A stretch of 64,000 bases of DNA from Euprymna scolopes (Eukaryota): NCBI GenBank assembly GCA_053919585.1, contig CM132788.1. One strand, written 5' to 3'. Below, in pieces: positions 28,493 to 39,906 of the stretch. The first letter of the stretch is position 1. Every line of letters begins with the position of its first letter. The notes beneath the pieces are model-generated. The model made no database searches. It saw only the letters and a program-made list of their open reading frames with translations, and was not told where the DNA came from. Made by a program: the position numbers and the translations under genes.

Positions 28493-29056
28493 TTATGTAG
28501 GGATTTGGGCAGCAACGTGTCGGTTCACGTTACACTTGAACTTCTGCACGTCAGTACTGTTGGGGAAGCAGGGACCTGGAATGGAATTCCAGAGTCTAGC
28601 GGTTCTGGGGAAGAAACTATTGCAGTAAAAAGATATTTTACATCTAGGGATCTCTACAGTGTGGGGCTGGGATTTAGCTGCCTGTCGGGTTTGTCGAGGG
28701 TGAACACGTCGTGGGGGCACAAGTGATTGCAGTTCGCCAGAGCATTCACCACTAAAATACTTGTAGAAAAGGCAGAGGGATGCAACATTTCGTCGATGGG
28801 ACAGAAAGTGGAGCTTAGATGCCAGTTCAGGGCCTATCAGGTTTGCGACTCTCTTTTGAACCTTGTCAAGGAGCGAGATACTAGTAGCAGATGCACCAGC
28901 CCAGATGTGGCAGCAATACTCCATACATGGGCGAGTGGTGGCCTTATAGAGGTAAAGGATACTTTCGGGTGTTAGTAGTTTTCTAGCACGGTACAGAGAG
29001 CCCACCTTTCTTGCAGCGGCCCAAGCAATGCCTTCAATGTAATTGTTCCAACTCAC
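28493..29056 (-). pseudogene. LINE ORF2 C-terminal domain
   Basis: LYLYKATTRPCMEYCCHIWAG...LDKVQKR...LSHRRNVASLCLFYKYF...SFFPRTARLWNS, typical of the CR1-group C-terminus. Confidence 0.92.
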
Positions 29057-30554
29057 GTTTCCTGTGAACGTTAGGCCAAGGAGTTTGTAAAGATGGACTC
29101 TCAGATAAAGAGTTGTTGGCCATTGCTATGGGTGGGAGAGAAGGTTTCTTGTAATTATTGAATGAAACTTGTTTAGTCTTGGCAGCATTGAACGCGACCA
29201 ACCACTGTTGTCCCCATTCCACTACAGATTGGAGGTCTTCCTCTAGTGTTTCTGCCATTTCTTTAGAAATGTGTTGATTCGTCTTCTTGTCGTGCCTGCC
29301 ATAGAGTGTAGTGTCATCAGCATATATACCCATCTCAGAGGCAATGTTGTCGGGGAGCTTATTTATGAATATCAGGAACAATAGAGGTCCAAGGATAGAA
29401 CTCTGGGGCACCCCCGCATTTATATCATTTTGTTTAGATGTACAACCGTCGAGGACAACCTGGATTTTTAACTTATCTAAGAAGGATTTAATTATGTTAA
29501 GTATTCTACCGGTGATACCGTATGATCTGATTTTACTGAGGAGACCCTCATGCCATACCCTGTCAAAAGCCTTATATATATCTAGAGCTACCGCTCTGCC
29601 CTCCCTCGCGTTGTCCAGTGAATGGTATATACGTTCAGAGATCACAGTTAGGATGTCTGCTGTGGAACGGGCTTGTCTAAATCCATATTGTTTGTCAGTC
29701 AGTAGTTTAGCATCTGTAAGATGATGGACTAGAGCATGGTTAATTATGGTCTCAAATATTTTGGCAAAAAGTGGGAGGAGGCTAATGGGGCGATAATTTG
29801 ATGGGTCTGTCCTTTCGCCAGAATTCTTGAATACTGGTACAACAGAAGCAGTTTTCCAACAGACCGGAAAGCAAGCTTCATTAAGGCATTTGTTGTAGAG
29901 TGTGGAGAGAACTGAAGCTACTTCGGCTGAGCACTTTTTAACTAGCACAGCTGGGATGAGATCGGGTCCACATGCTTTTGAGGTATCAAGGTTTTTTATG
30001 ATAGCATGCACCTGAGCAGGGGTGGTTTTCAGATCGTCTAGTGTGGGGTCTGTTCGCATAGGAAAGCCAGGTAGGGGGTGGTTTAGAGGGTCCAGTGTGG
30101 AGTTTGAGGCAACCCGACTGGCAAGCATGTTAGCCTTGTAGGTTGCCGAGGAGACAACCTCGTGATTGTTGGTTAGTGGGGGAATTGTTGATTGCCCATT
30201 ATTTACTACACTATTGTAGATTTTCCAGAAGTCTCGAGTTCCTAGTTTTTGTGCTTCGATGCGCTTTTTTGTGGTTTCCGTAAATTCTCTTTTAGCTGTC
30301 GTTATTTCTTCCTTAACGTTATTTCTAGCTTCTATATACTTCAGTCTGTTTGAACTGGACTTATGTCGGTTAAATCTACGGTATGCATGCTGCTTTTGAG
30401 CAATGGCAGTTGCACAAGTCGACGTAAACCATTGGGGAGAGTGGGGCTTACTATAAAATTTTCGCATGGGAACATGCGCTTCGATTGCAGTTTTGAACCA
30501 GTCAGTGGTCTCGTTTGCACATTGTTCAGCAGGGAGAGAGAAAATATTTTTCAT
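29034..30554 (-). pseudogene. LINE reverse transcriptase domain
   Basis: Motifs KACGPDLIP, NYRPISLL, QYGFR, LDIYKAFD, GVPQSSILGP and YADD. Joined to the neighbouring ORFs by frameshifts. Confidence 0.95.
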
Positions 30555-31201
30555 GGAGCATCTCTAATTAGTTCCCTGATGGCTTCCCAGTCAGCCTTAT
30601 TATAATATCTCGTTGTTTTGAGCACTGGCTCTTCAGTTGTGGGTCTAGAGTTTAGGGCGAGTTCAACCATTATCACTGCAGGATCAGCGTTCCCGAGTGG
30701 GCTGTGGGCCTTCGTTATGCCCGCTCCATCTGTGTGAGTAGAGAATCCAAGCCAGTTTTTGTGGTGGACATTAAAGTCACCTAACACATGTTTTTGTGCG
30801 CTAGTGTCGAGGGTCAGTGCCGTGTCTATGCTGTCAGATACTGTGTTTATTATGGAACAGTCCTGAGTCGAGGGAGAGCGGTACAGAAAATAATAGTAGC
30901 AAATATTGTGTTGCATGTTTAGTCTAAAGCACATAAAGGTTTGATTATCTGTTTCTAAGTTTGTTTCTCGAGTCAAGGGAAGGGTATTACGAATGTAAAC
31001 TCCAAGTCCGTGCATATGTCTGTCAGAGTCCTTACGGCAGAGTGGGAGATATCCAGGCATGTTAAAGTGGTTAGAGGGAATGGTGAAGGGTAGGTTAGTC
31101 TCACTTAGTGCTAAGATATCCGGGGTATTTGTTAAGAGAAATGCTTCAACATCAGCTAAGTTAGTTCTAAGCCCAAAGATATTTGTGAATGAGAGCCTCA
31201 A
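30551..31201 (-). pseudogene. LINE apurinic-type endonuclease domain (internally deleted)
   Basis: Motifs SFTNIFGL, LALSETNL, GLGVYIR, LYRSPS and LGDFNVH. The catalytic SDH is altered to ADP, and the segment carrying the PTR and LLD motifs is missing. Confidence 0.9.
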
Positions 31202-33216
31202 AGGGAGGAGGCAAGTTGAATTTGTGTGTCCCTAATCCTGGTTTAAGCTTATTTTAAGATTGTACTGTCGTCATATTTTTTTTAAGAGTTTCGGTAAGGG
31301 GGGAGCTTAACAAGAGGTTATGCGGAGCTTCAGACATGCATCACAAGTAGACCATCAGCTGACCTTTCTCCAATTAGGATTGTGGCCTCAGGAAAGCCCA
31401 CCGGGGATGAGTGCAGGGTCCCTTTCCATGCCCGTCATGGCACTACAAACAACCCGATATTATTCAGCTGTTGATGTAGCAGCCGCTCTAAGCGCTACCA
31501 AAGATTTAGTGCTCCTGTACTACCAGTCGGGAACAGCAGCCAGGAACTGTCAATCCGGTACCCTCAACCCTTTAGAAGAAGGTCAACCAAATCTAATCGC
31601 TCAGTCATATCTTATACTCCAGCACTCCCAAATGTTCAGTTTTAGGGGTGGGGCGTGCTGGGAATGGGGAAGAACGGCGTTCATTGCCCTAGCCAGGAAA
31701 CAAGATCTACCGCTGGGTGTTTCTGTCGAATCACTGAGATATTGTGATGTAATCATATTGCCGACGACGTCTGAACCTTCCTGCAGCGGAATACGATCCT
31801 CTCTCAAGAATAAGATGTTTTGCTACTCAATCATCCCAAACACCATTGTTGTACAGAACTTTTTTTAAAGATTTGGAAAAATTCGTTCAAGACGGAGTCT
31901 TCAATTCTCAAAACTCGAGAGTTATCGCCATTTACCCACTTTGTTCCTCCTATTATGTATATTAAACACCCTTTATATCCCTTGGTGTTTTGTTTACCAG
32001 CGATGGAAAAGTCAAAATTACATCTTTGTTCAAGACCACCTGAAGATGAATGCGGCGGAATATCTGGAGATGAATGAGGAAGTTCGTTTAACGTGAATTA
32101 AGAAAAAATATGACCCGAAGAAAGTGATTTGCACCTGCTCATGACTGAATATGGTTGTAATTTCTTACCTTTTTGCTGATAGCGTCTTAGAACGCTGAAA
32201 TCGACTGTGTTCTACTGGTATTTTAGGCAGATCGTACTGATATGACTCCGGTCTGTAGTGTATTATCAATGAATCGGCTAAGGATATGTGTAGCTACCAA
32301 CCCTGTTTTATTTCCTTGTGCAAATTGCAAACCTCGGTCAGATTGGCTGACAGCTTTTAGTTTTTAATCAAGTATGAACAAGCACGGCTACCGGATAATA
32401 CATTTCATGTTGACAAATTTGCATGCGAAAAAATATTTTTTGTTGATATCGCGAAAGTATATTATTATTTACCAGACTTACGGCGTCAACATAAACAATA
32501 TGCTGATACAAACTACGTGCTAACCTTTGAAAATATACAGTATCGATGTTTCAACAGTATCGATGTTTCACACGGACGAAAGTATTAATAACACATGTTG
32601 CCTATCAATGAATTATAATACTCAAGTTAACTTAACCAACAATTGTTCACTCGAGGATCTCTTTCATATGTTTTTTTTTAAATCACATAAAATACAATGT
32701 AAAATTTAACTCGATTTTGGAATCGATTTTGTTTCAAATCATAGTATTTATCTTAACCTCCACTGAATTCCAATATACTCGAAATGTCAGATACAATCTA
32801 TCTATATCTATAAAAGAAAAAATAGTGAACAACTTTTTAATTGGGTCTGATCCGAAAAAGGGGTGCTAATGGATCAAATTTGAAAAAAATGGATTGGTAA
32901 CACCGCATACGTGATTATGAAACATGTACACTTCTTTATGCTGAGAATAAGTTTGTTTAAACACGCACGCATTTCCAGCTCGTAAATGGCGCAATGCTTA
33001 TTTTATTTCAATCGGCGTCCTTAAATTTTGGTGTCGATCTAAGCTCGAGTATTTTACATATAATAGGTGACCAGTTTTGAACAAAAAACAGACTTGCATG
33101 CACATATATAAGTTTCTATCCGCTGTTATATTTCATTTTTTGAAGAATTTAACATTCCGTTTAATACTTACGGTATTTGAGTTTGTAATAAATAAGAAAG
33201 GTGCATTATTTATGGA

Positions 33217-34282
33217 CTAGCGGCGTTGCCCAGTGTTGCCCGGCGTTGCCCTTGTTTTTAGAGATGTGTGTGGTTGGGGGGGGTAAAATGAAAACAAAAC
33301 GAACTCATAACACTGTTTAAATATTATTAAAAAAAAAACAATGTTAAAACTATTAAAAAAATAATTTAAAAATGAACGTGTCCGGCAGTGTTCGTGTTTG
33401 AAAAATCCCAAAAAGGGTTTAAGAGGGGGGTCGCACTCGAATCATTGAGGGGAAAGCGCCACAAAATATATTTATTTATATAAAACGTGATGGATTAACT
33501 AAAATGTGAATTAGGTCAAATATGAATTCCGCAGTTAAGTCTGTTTTGGTTTAGTTTCGGTAGTAACATCACACTCGAATTCTAAATAGCTGTTTTTGTT
33601 TTCTCGAATTCTTAATGAATTTGTTTGTTTTAATTTTAATTTCAGTGTAATGCAATGAATTCACAATATCGTTGCGTTGTAATCTTTGTGTAAAAATAAA
33701 TGTTTAGTTGAAAGTACTAATTATTAAAGGTTACAGTTTCATTTCACGGTTAGAGTCGTTCAAACCGGATAGTCTCACAGATTGTGTCTTACACAAACGA
33801 AAAAAGCAAAACGAAAACAATATTAGTAATCGCGTTTTCGCTTTTTTTTTAATTATATCGATTTTATTATGAACAAAAATAGAAAGCATAAATCAGCGAA
33901 AAAAAATAAACAAAGAAACTGCATATGTAACCTTGTACGATTCCAAACCAGTTTGTTTCTTCGTGGTGTTCCTTGTGAACGCATCCGCTGCGGTGTAAAT
34001 GGGGAGAGGGGAAGGAGGAATCTAATAGAGAGAAAACATGCTGCAACTTCCATTTCATTTAAGTTATTTGGGTCGTGCACTTTTACCGTTAAAATATAAT
34101 AGTGTATCATTGTCGAGGAACTATAGAGGCAATAGGCCTATAGCAAACCTCCGATACTGTGCTACTGTCTGGGCGCAGTACATTTGCATGTATGCCCTGA
34201 TTTTTAATCCTATTAAGGTCAAATTTGGAGAGGAAAATGAGTTCATTTTATTTATATAGATAGAATAGAGAAGAAGAGGAGA
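33217..34282 (-). mobile_element. Non-autonomous Helitron
   Basis: Minus strand starts A|TCTCCTCTTCTTCTCTATTCTATCTATATAAAT (34283|34282) and ends GGGCAACGCCGGGCAACACTGGGCAACGCCG-CTAG|T (33217|33216). This gives 5'-TC, a GC-rich subterminal motif, 3'-CTAG, an A|T target and no TSD. Confidence 0.7.
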
Positions 34283-35335
34283 TCATAATTATACGTTATT
34301 TACGGAGCGCAGCCTACTTGTAATTTATTAAATTGGCATTCCCCAATTTTGTAGCATTTGCTGATATGTTGCCGTACAACAGTTAATATTTTTTAAATCA
34401 TATCTTAGTCTTGATTTCAGCACACTTCAACGCTACGTTTTTCTATTTGTCTTTATATTTTCCACTTCTCTCGCTATTTCTCATACTTTATGTTTGTGTG
34501 AGTCTCTGTATCTATCTATCTTTCTGGTTATGTCTAATTCCCCCTCTCTCGAATAGAATTGCCTTAAGTACAAGTAAAATATCGAAAAACATCATCATAA
34601 ATAACATAATTATTTAGAAGGCAGTATACATCATTGCTCTGTGTTAGACAGTGAGATAAAAAAGGGGGTAAAATGCATCAAACAAAACAGTATAATATGT
34701 TTTATCTATCTTTTATATTTATACATATGCAACTTTTTCATTGCACACATCTGAACATAATTTATGGATAGCTTTGTGTCGTAGCAAGCAAAACTTCCTT
34801 GTAATGTTTAACTAATGTGGAAGCAAGGAACTTTTTCGATGGACATGAAACATCGTTTTAAGAGGAAGAAATGCATGTGCTAACGTGACCAATTTATTTT
34901 TTATCCATTTTTATTTTATTTTATTTTATTTTCCTGTAAATCATCATTTTATTTTTTAGTAAATATGTTTTGCAACACTTTATACACACACGCCGATTGT
35001 GTGATAGTTTCGCGTGTTTTTTTAGGATAAAACTAATTTATCGAAGCGTAAAAATTATTTTTAAACTAAGCTTCGAACCGTGATCCACTTGCGGGAAGTC
35101 TAGCCATATATATGCTATCCAGTTGAAGGTAAAAATAAATATAGCAGATATGGTTACAACATGAAAAAAGTAGACGCTTCAACATAAATTATTATTCTAC
35201 TTGACATTAAATTTACTAAAAAAAAGAATGGTATTGTATTACTATAATATTATATATTTGTGGGATCGAGAAATTATAAAAGAAGAAATGTCATAAGAAA
35301 ATAGAGGAGGCCCTGGTTGGAGTAGACCTATAAAA

Positions 35336-35700
35336 TCTATATATCTGTAAAAGTGTATGTGTATCTATCTACGTTTGTACATTCCCTATTAGATTACTCT
35401 TGTAATTTTCAGACTACAAACTCGAGATTTTATATAAATGCCATTCAGATTACGGGAAAACTTTTCAATATGTATTCGTCCAATAGTTAACCTGTCGTTT
35501 GGTAAAAATTCATCGATTCGACCTTTGAAAACTCTACAAACCTCCTCCGCCAATTTTGCGTATAACCACTTGAAATTTAATACGTAAGTGACTACGACAT
35601 ATATCAAACGTGTTAACTTGATTTGAGCTCAAAACAATACTTATTAAGAGGTCCAAATTGGAGTGAACCTTGGAACTTTCAACCAATTTTTAGTGTAAAC
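35336..35700 (+). mobile_element. Interspersed repeat, Helitron-like 5' end, copy 1
   Basis: Begins A|TCTATATATCTGTAAAAG followed by a (GTAT/CTAT) tract. The core TTTGAAAACTCTAC-AA-CTC-TCCGCCAAT...GAGC-C-AAAACAATAC is shared with 56380-56720. Confidence 0.55.
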
Positions 35701-35961
35701 ATTAGAAATTCTTCATTCACTCTAGCAAATTCCACCACTTATTTTGGGTAAAAAACACTTGATAATTTAGATGTAGGTTACGTAGACATTAGCCACCCGT
35801 TTGAATGAGAAGCTTACAAAGAGGTCAAGCAAATGTGAGCTGGGTTGATAGTGTAAAATACTAAAAAAAGGTTTTCCTTGAACTGTTTCTTTTAATCGCT
35901 ATGAGAGTCCGGCAATAGAAATAGAGTTGTTTCCTTTTATTTTTATATGTAATCTAAATCC

Positions 35962-37750
35962 AATAAATAAAGAACTGACATATGAAACACGGGTCATGCT
36001 GAAATACTAACATTTTATAGAAAATATTTTGTAATATTTTTTTATCTTTTTAAGTATTCTGTACTTTCACCTAACGATTTAACAAATAAAGAACTGACAT
36101 AATAGATCCGGACCGTGAGCAAATATTAACATTTTTTTAGAAACAAGTTTGTAATATCTTATCTTAATAACTATTCCGTATTTTGAGCTAAAAATTGAAT
36201 AAATAAAAACTGTCATATGAAATACGGGCCATGCTGAAATAATAAAATTCATTATCAAACATGTTGTAATATTTTTATCTTTTTAACTATTCTGTACTTT
36301 CACCTAATGATTTAATAAATAAAGAACTGCCATATGAAATTCGGACCATGCTTAAATAATAACATTTTTTAGAAAACATTTTGTAATGTTTTCATCTTTG
36401 TAAATATTCTGTACTTTCACCTTACAATGTAATAAATAAAATAAACTGACATATTCACCTAACGATTTAATATATAAAGAACTGTCATATGAAATACGTA
36501 CGATGCTGGAATAATAAAAAAATTATTATAAGAGTGTTGTAATATTCTTATCTTTTTAACTATTCTGTACTTTCACCTGACGATTAATAAATAAAGAACT
36601 CTCATATGAAATACGCACCATGCTGAAATAATAAAATTTATTATAAATGTATTGTAATATTTTTATCGTTTTAACTATTCTGTACTTTCACCTTACGATT
36701 TAATAAATAAAGGAATGTCATATGAAATGCAAACCATGCTTAAATAACACTATTTATTAGACAACATTTTGTAATATTGTTATCTTTTCAACTATTCTGC
36801 ACTTTTTCCTAACGATTTAATAGATAAAAAACTGTCATATGAAATACGCACCCTACTTAAACAATAACATATTCTTAGAAAACATTTTGTAATATTTGTA
36901 TCTTTTTAACTATTTTGTACTTTTACCTAACGAGTAAATAAATAAATAACTGGCATAGGAAACACGTACAATGCTGAAATAATAACAATTTTTAGAATTA
37001 GTTTTGTAATATGTTTATATTTTTAATTATTATGTACTTTCATCTTACGATTTAATAAATAAACAACTGGCATATCAAATACCGATTTTTTAACTATTCT
37101 GTACTTTTCCTAACAATTTAATAAATACAAAATGGACATGTGAAATACAGACCATGCTGAAATATTTTAGAAAACATTTTGTAATAATTTTTAACTTTTT
37201 AAATATTATGTACTTTCACCTAACAATTTAATAAATAAACAAAACTGACATATAAATACGGACCATGCTGAAATATTAACGTTAGTTAGAAAACATTTTG
37301 TAATATTTTCATCTTTTTAACTATTCTGTACTTTCACCTAACGATTTAATAAATAAAGAACTGTTATATGTAATACGGCCCATGCTGAAATAACACCATT
37401 TATTAGAAAACATTTTGTAATATTTTTATCTTTTTTAACTAATCTGTACTTTCACCTAACGATTTAATAAATAAAGAGCTGACATTTGAAATACGGACTA
37501 TGCTGAAATAATAACATTATTTAGACAACATTTTGTAAATTTTTTATCTTTTAAACTATTCTGTACTTTCACCTAACGATGTAATAGATAAAAGACAGTC
37601 ATATGAAATTTGGACCATGCTTAAATAATAACATTTTTTAGAAAACATTTTGTAATGTTTTCATCTTTATAAATATTCTGTCTTTCACCTTACAATGTAA
37701 TAAATAAAACAAAACTGACATATGAAATACGAACCATGCTGAAATAATAA
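35962..37750. repeat. ~119-bp AT-rich tandem satellite array, about 15 diverged copies
   Basis: Unit AATAAATAAAGAACTG(A/T)CATATGAAATACGGACCATGCTGAAATAATAACATTTTTTAGAAAACATTTTGTAATATTTTTATCTTTTTAACTATTCTGTACTTTCACCTAACGATTT. GAACTG anchors at 35972, 36091, ~36208, 36324 and so on; two partial units. Confidence 0.97.
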
Positions 37751-38044
37751 CGTTATAATTTTTAAACCCTTTCTAAGTATATAAGGCGAGCAGTTTTTTG
37801 TAAACTAATTCGTACGTTCATCTAAAAATCTATTACATCAGAACCTGCCAGCCAGAATACAGACTGTACTGAAAACATATTCCCATACTTATTTTTTTAA
37901 AAATCTGCTGTGTTCTATTCTAGAAATTATATAATTTAGCTTAACATTATAGTTACATTGGGTGTTGTGATGAGGGGAGAACACAGTAATCATGATTTTT
38001 CTTTAACATCTAAATTGTATGACTAACTAAAAATGATTACTAAT

Positions 38045-39144
38045 ACTTTGTTAAATATAGGGTACACTCGATGTGATCAACTCTGTCATGAAAAGGAAAA
38101 TACATAATTTTCCCAAATAAAATCTAAGATGACGGCTTAATGTCAAATATATATTAGTTTACCTTATTTAGGCAGAGTAAGTGAAAAATTTGCCACACAG
38201 ATTAGCTCAGTTGTAGAACATTGCTATTTTGCATCCAATGTACGTGTGGTATTTGCGTCAAGAAGATTATTGCCATCATCTCGAAAGGATGTTTTGCCCC
38301 CACCCATTAGACGAAATATGGTATTTATCAATTAAAATGTACTTGCAGTGCCAACTACGTGGAGAGAAAACCCCTTAAGTTAGATGGTCGCGTCCAACAA
38401 CATGTTCCTATTAACATCCGGAATGAATTCTATAAGCCAACGGCCATTCTGAGCAATACGTATTGGTACGCTATAGCGGTCCATTTGCTTAAAACCCGTG
38501 ATGTACAATGACTTTCAGCAGTGGCTCCTTTTGTATCCTGAATCACTCGTTATTTCATTTGAAAAGGGTTGAAGACTATTCATGTCCGGTTAACGAGACC
38601 TCTCTGTAAACAGAAGGCTTTTCTTTTAGGTTTGGACGTGATTTTTCTCTAAGGGGTTTTCTCGCCAGATCATAATAATAGATTGGTTTTAGTCGTACCT
38701 CTCATTTTTTCTCCCGAACTCCGATAATTTATTTTTTTCCAGTCGTTCCCCACGTTTAAATTCGTTTCCCTATAGTAAAAAAATATAAAAAAAAAAAATA
38801 AACCATTGAATTGTTTTTTTGGAAAGGTAGGGTGAAACCTGGTTGGCCGGCTATACCCCATATCTATTATTTTGTTTTCTTTTATTAAATATCTGTTCTC
38901 CGTCCTTCTCTTTATCATGGGTATAAAAAAATTAGTCTTTCTTTTACATAGCTATAATAAAGTTTTCTTCCTCCCCAAAGTAATGATTCCGAATTTTGCT
39001 CAATACTACCCTTTGATGAGAAGGAAAGTAGTTATTCGAAACTCCGCGGATTAAGGACTATCCATTTATCTAGTGTTTCCTTTCCAGATTAAATGTTTTA
39101 ACTCATTTCAAAGTGTTTTAACTTGTTTTATAAACTGTTTGCTC

Positions 39145-39145
<1 letters not shown>
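38045..39145 (+). mobile_element. Penelope-like element, 5'-truncated decayed copy (RT thumb + GIY-YIG + pLTR)
   Basis: LPYLGRVSEKFATQISSVVEHCYFASNVRVVFASRRLLPSSRKDVLPPP matches the end of ORF 39907-40809. It is followed by NMVFINxKCTCSANYV...LDGRVQQHVP (GIY-YIG) and ends next to (TA)n. Confidence 0.9.
39003..39062 (+). ncRNA. Second degenerate hammerhead motif in the + strand Penelope pLTR
   Basis: CCT-TTGATGA-GAA..TTC-GAAA-C-TCCGCGGA-TTA-AGG. The core is one base from CUGAUGA, GAAA is intact, stem II is 3 bp, stem III is palindromic and stem I is CCT/AGG. Confidence 0.55.
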
Positions 39146-39194
<49 letters not shown>

Positions 39195-39282
39195 TGATGT
39201 TTTTAGAGATACAAAATTTTAATATTGCAATTAGGAAAGGAAGACTTTAATGATTCATGATAAAAAGTAAATTTGTATATAT

Positions 39283-39342
<60 letters not shown>

Positions 39343-39403
39343 TCTCTCCAAAAAGGTGGGAATGAAGGGGTAGCAGGAGAGGAAAGAAAAAAAATTGGGG
39401 AGG

Positions 39404-39439
39404 CAGCTGACCGGTGTCGACCCTCGCTTCTCAAAGCTG
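39404..39439 (-). ncRNA. Degenerate minimal type I hammerhead ribozyme motif in the Penelope pLTR
   Basis: Minus strand reads CAGCT-TTGAGAA-GCGAGGGTC-GACA-CCGG-TC-AGCTG. It has a perfect 5-bp stem I, a palindromic ACCGGT stem III and a GUC site. There are three substitutions relative to the CUGANGA/GAAA core. Confidence 0.65.
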
Positions 39440-39557
39440 TATCGAGGGAATTATTTTAAGATAAAGAATGAAAGCGATTAGAATAGCGTTTTATTAAATT
39501 TACAGGGGAAAAAAGTGGGACAACGATTAAAATAAAACGACGTTATGGACGGATACC

Positions 39558-39906
39558 CTAGAGATTAATCACGTTCAACCCCAGGAGGCATTCCCTTTGC
39601 TTGCAAAGAGAAGGTTTCCTGAGCCGAACGTGAATGCTCTCCAAGATCTTGAGATGGTATAATGAATGCGCACGACTAATAATGGTAAAAGAGTCCGTGC
39701 TAAAGTTTGCTGCACAAGACGGGTTTTTAAGCAAATGATCAGTAATTGAAGACCCGTATGTGTTAGTAACGACATCAGTTACCCGGTAGGTTCCATTCCT
39801 AATTTTACTGGGTACATGTTGTTGGATTCTTCCATCTAATGTTAATGTCGTTCGACCCAAGTAGTTGGCACCGCAACCACATTTAAAATTGTAAATAACA
39901 TTACTT
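39558..39906 (-). pseudogene. GIY-YIG endonuclease domain of the Penelope element
   Basis: VIYNFKCGCGANYLGRT (VIY...YLG), R..QH, H...C, ILES. Confidence 0.9.

Larger units (their letters stand above)
28405..31850 (-). mobile_element. Near full-length CR1-group non-LTR retrotransposon (APE endonuclease + RT), apparently lacking ORF1
   Basis: Three overlapping frameshifted ORFs (30551-31201, 29034-30554, 28493-29056). About 600 bp of GC-richer 5' leader, a short 3' UTR and an A-rich tail at ~28405-28420. Confidence 0.93.

Noticed and set aside
31320-31868. 182-aa + strand ORF as a gene or LINE ORF1
   Set aside because: It is antisense to the LINE leader and has no recognisable domain. GC-richer sequence gives such ORFs by chance.
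38200-38240. tRNA-like start TAGCTCAGTTGTAGAAC
   Set aside because: It lies in frame within the Penelope ORF (QISSVVEH); there is no B-box or cloverleaf.
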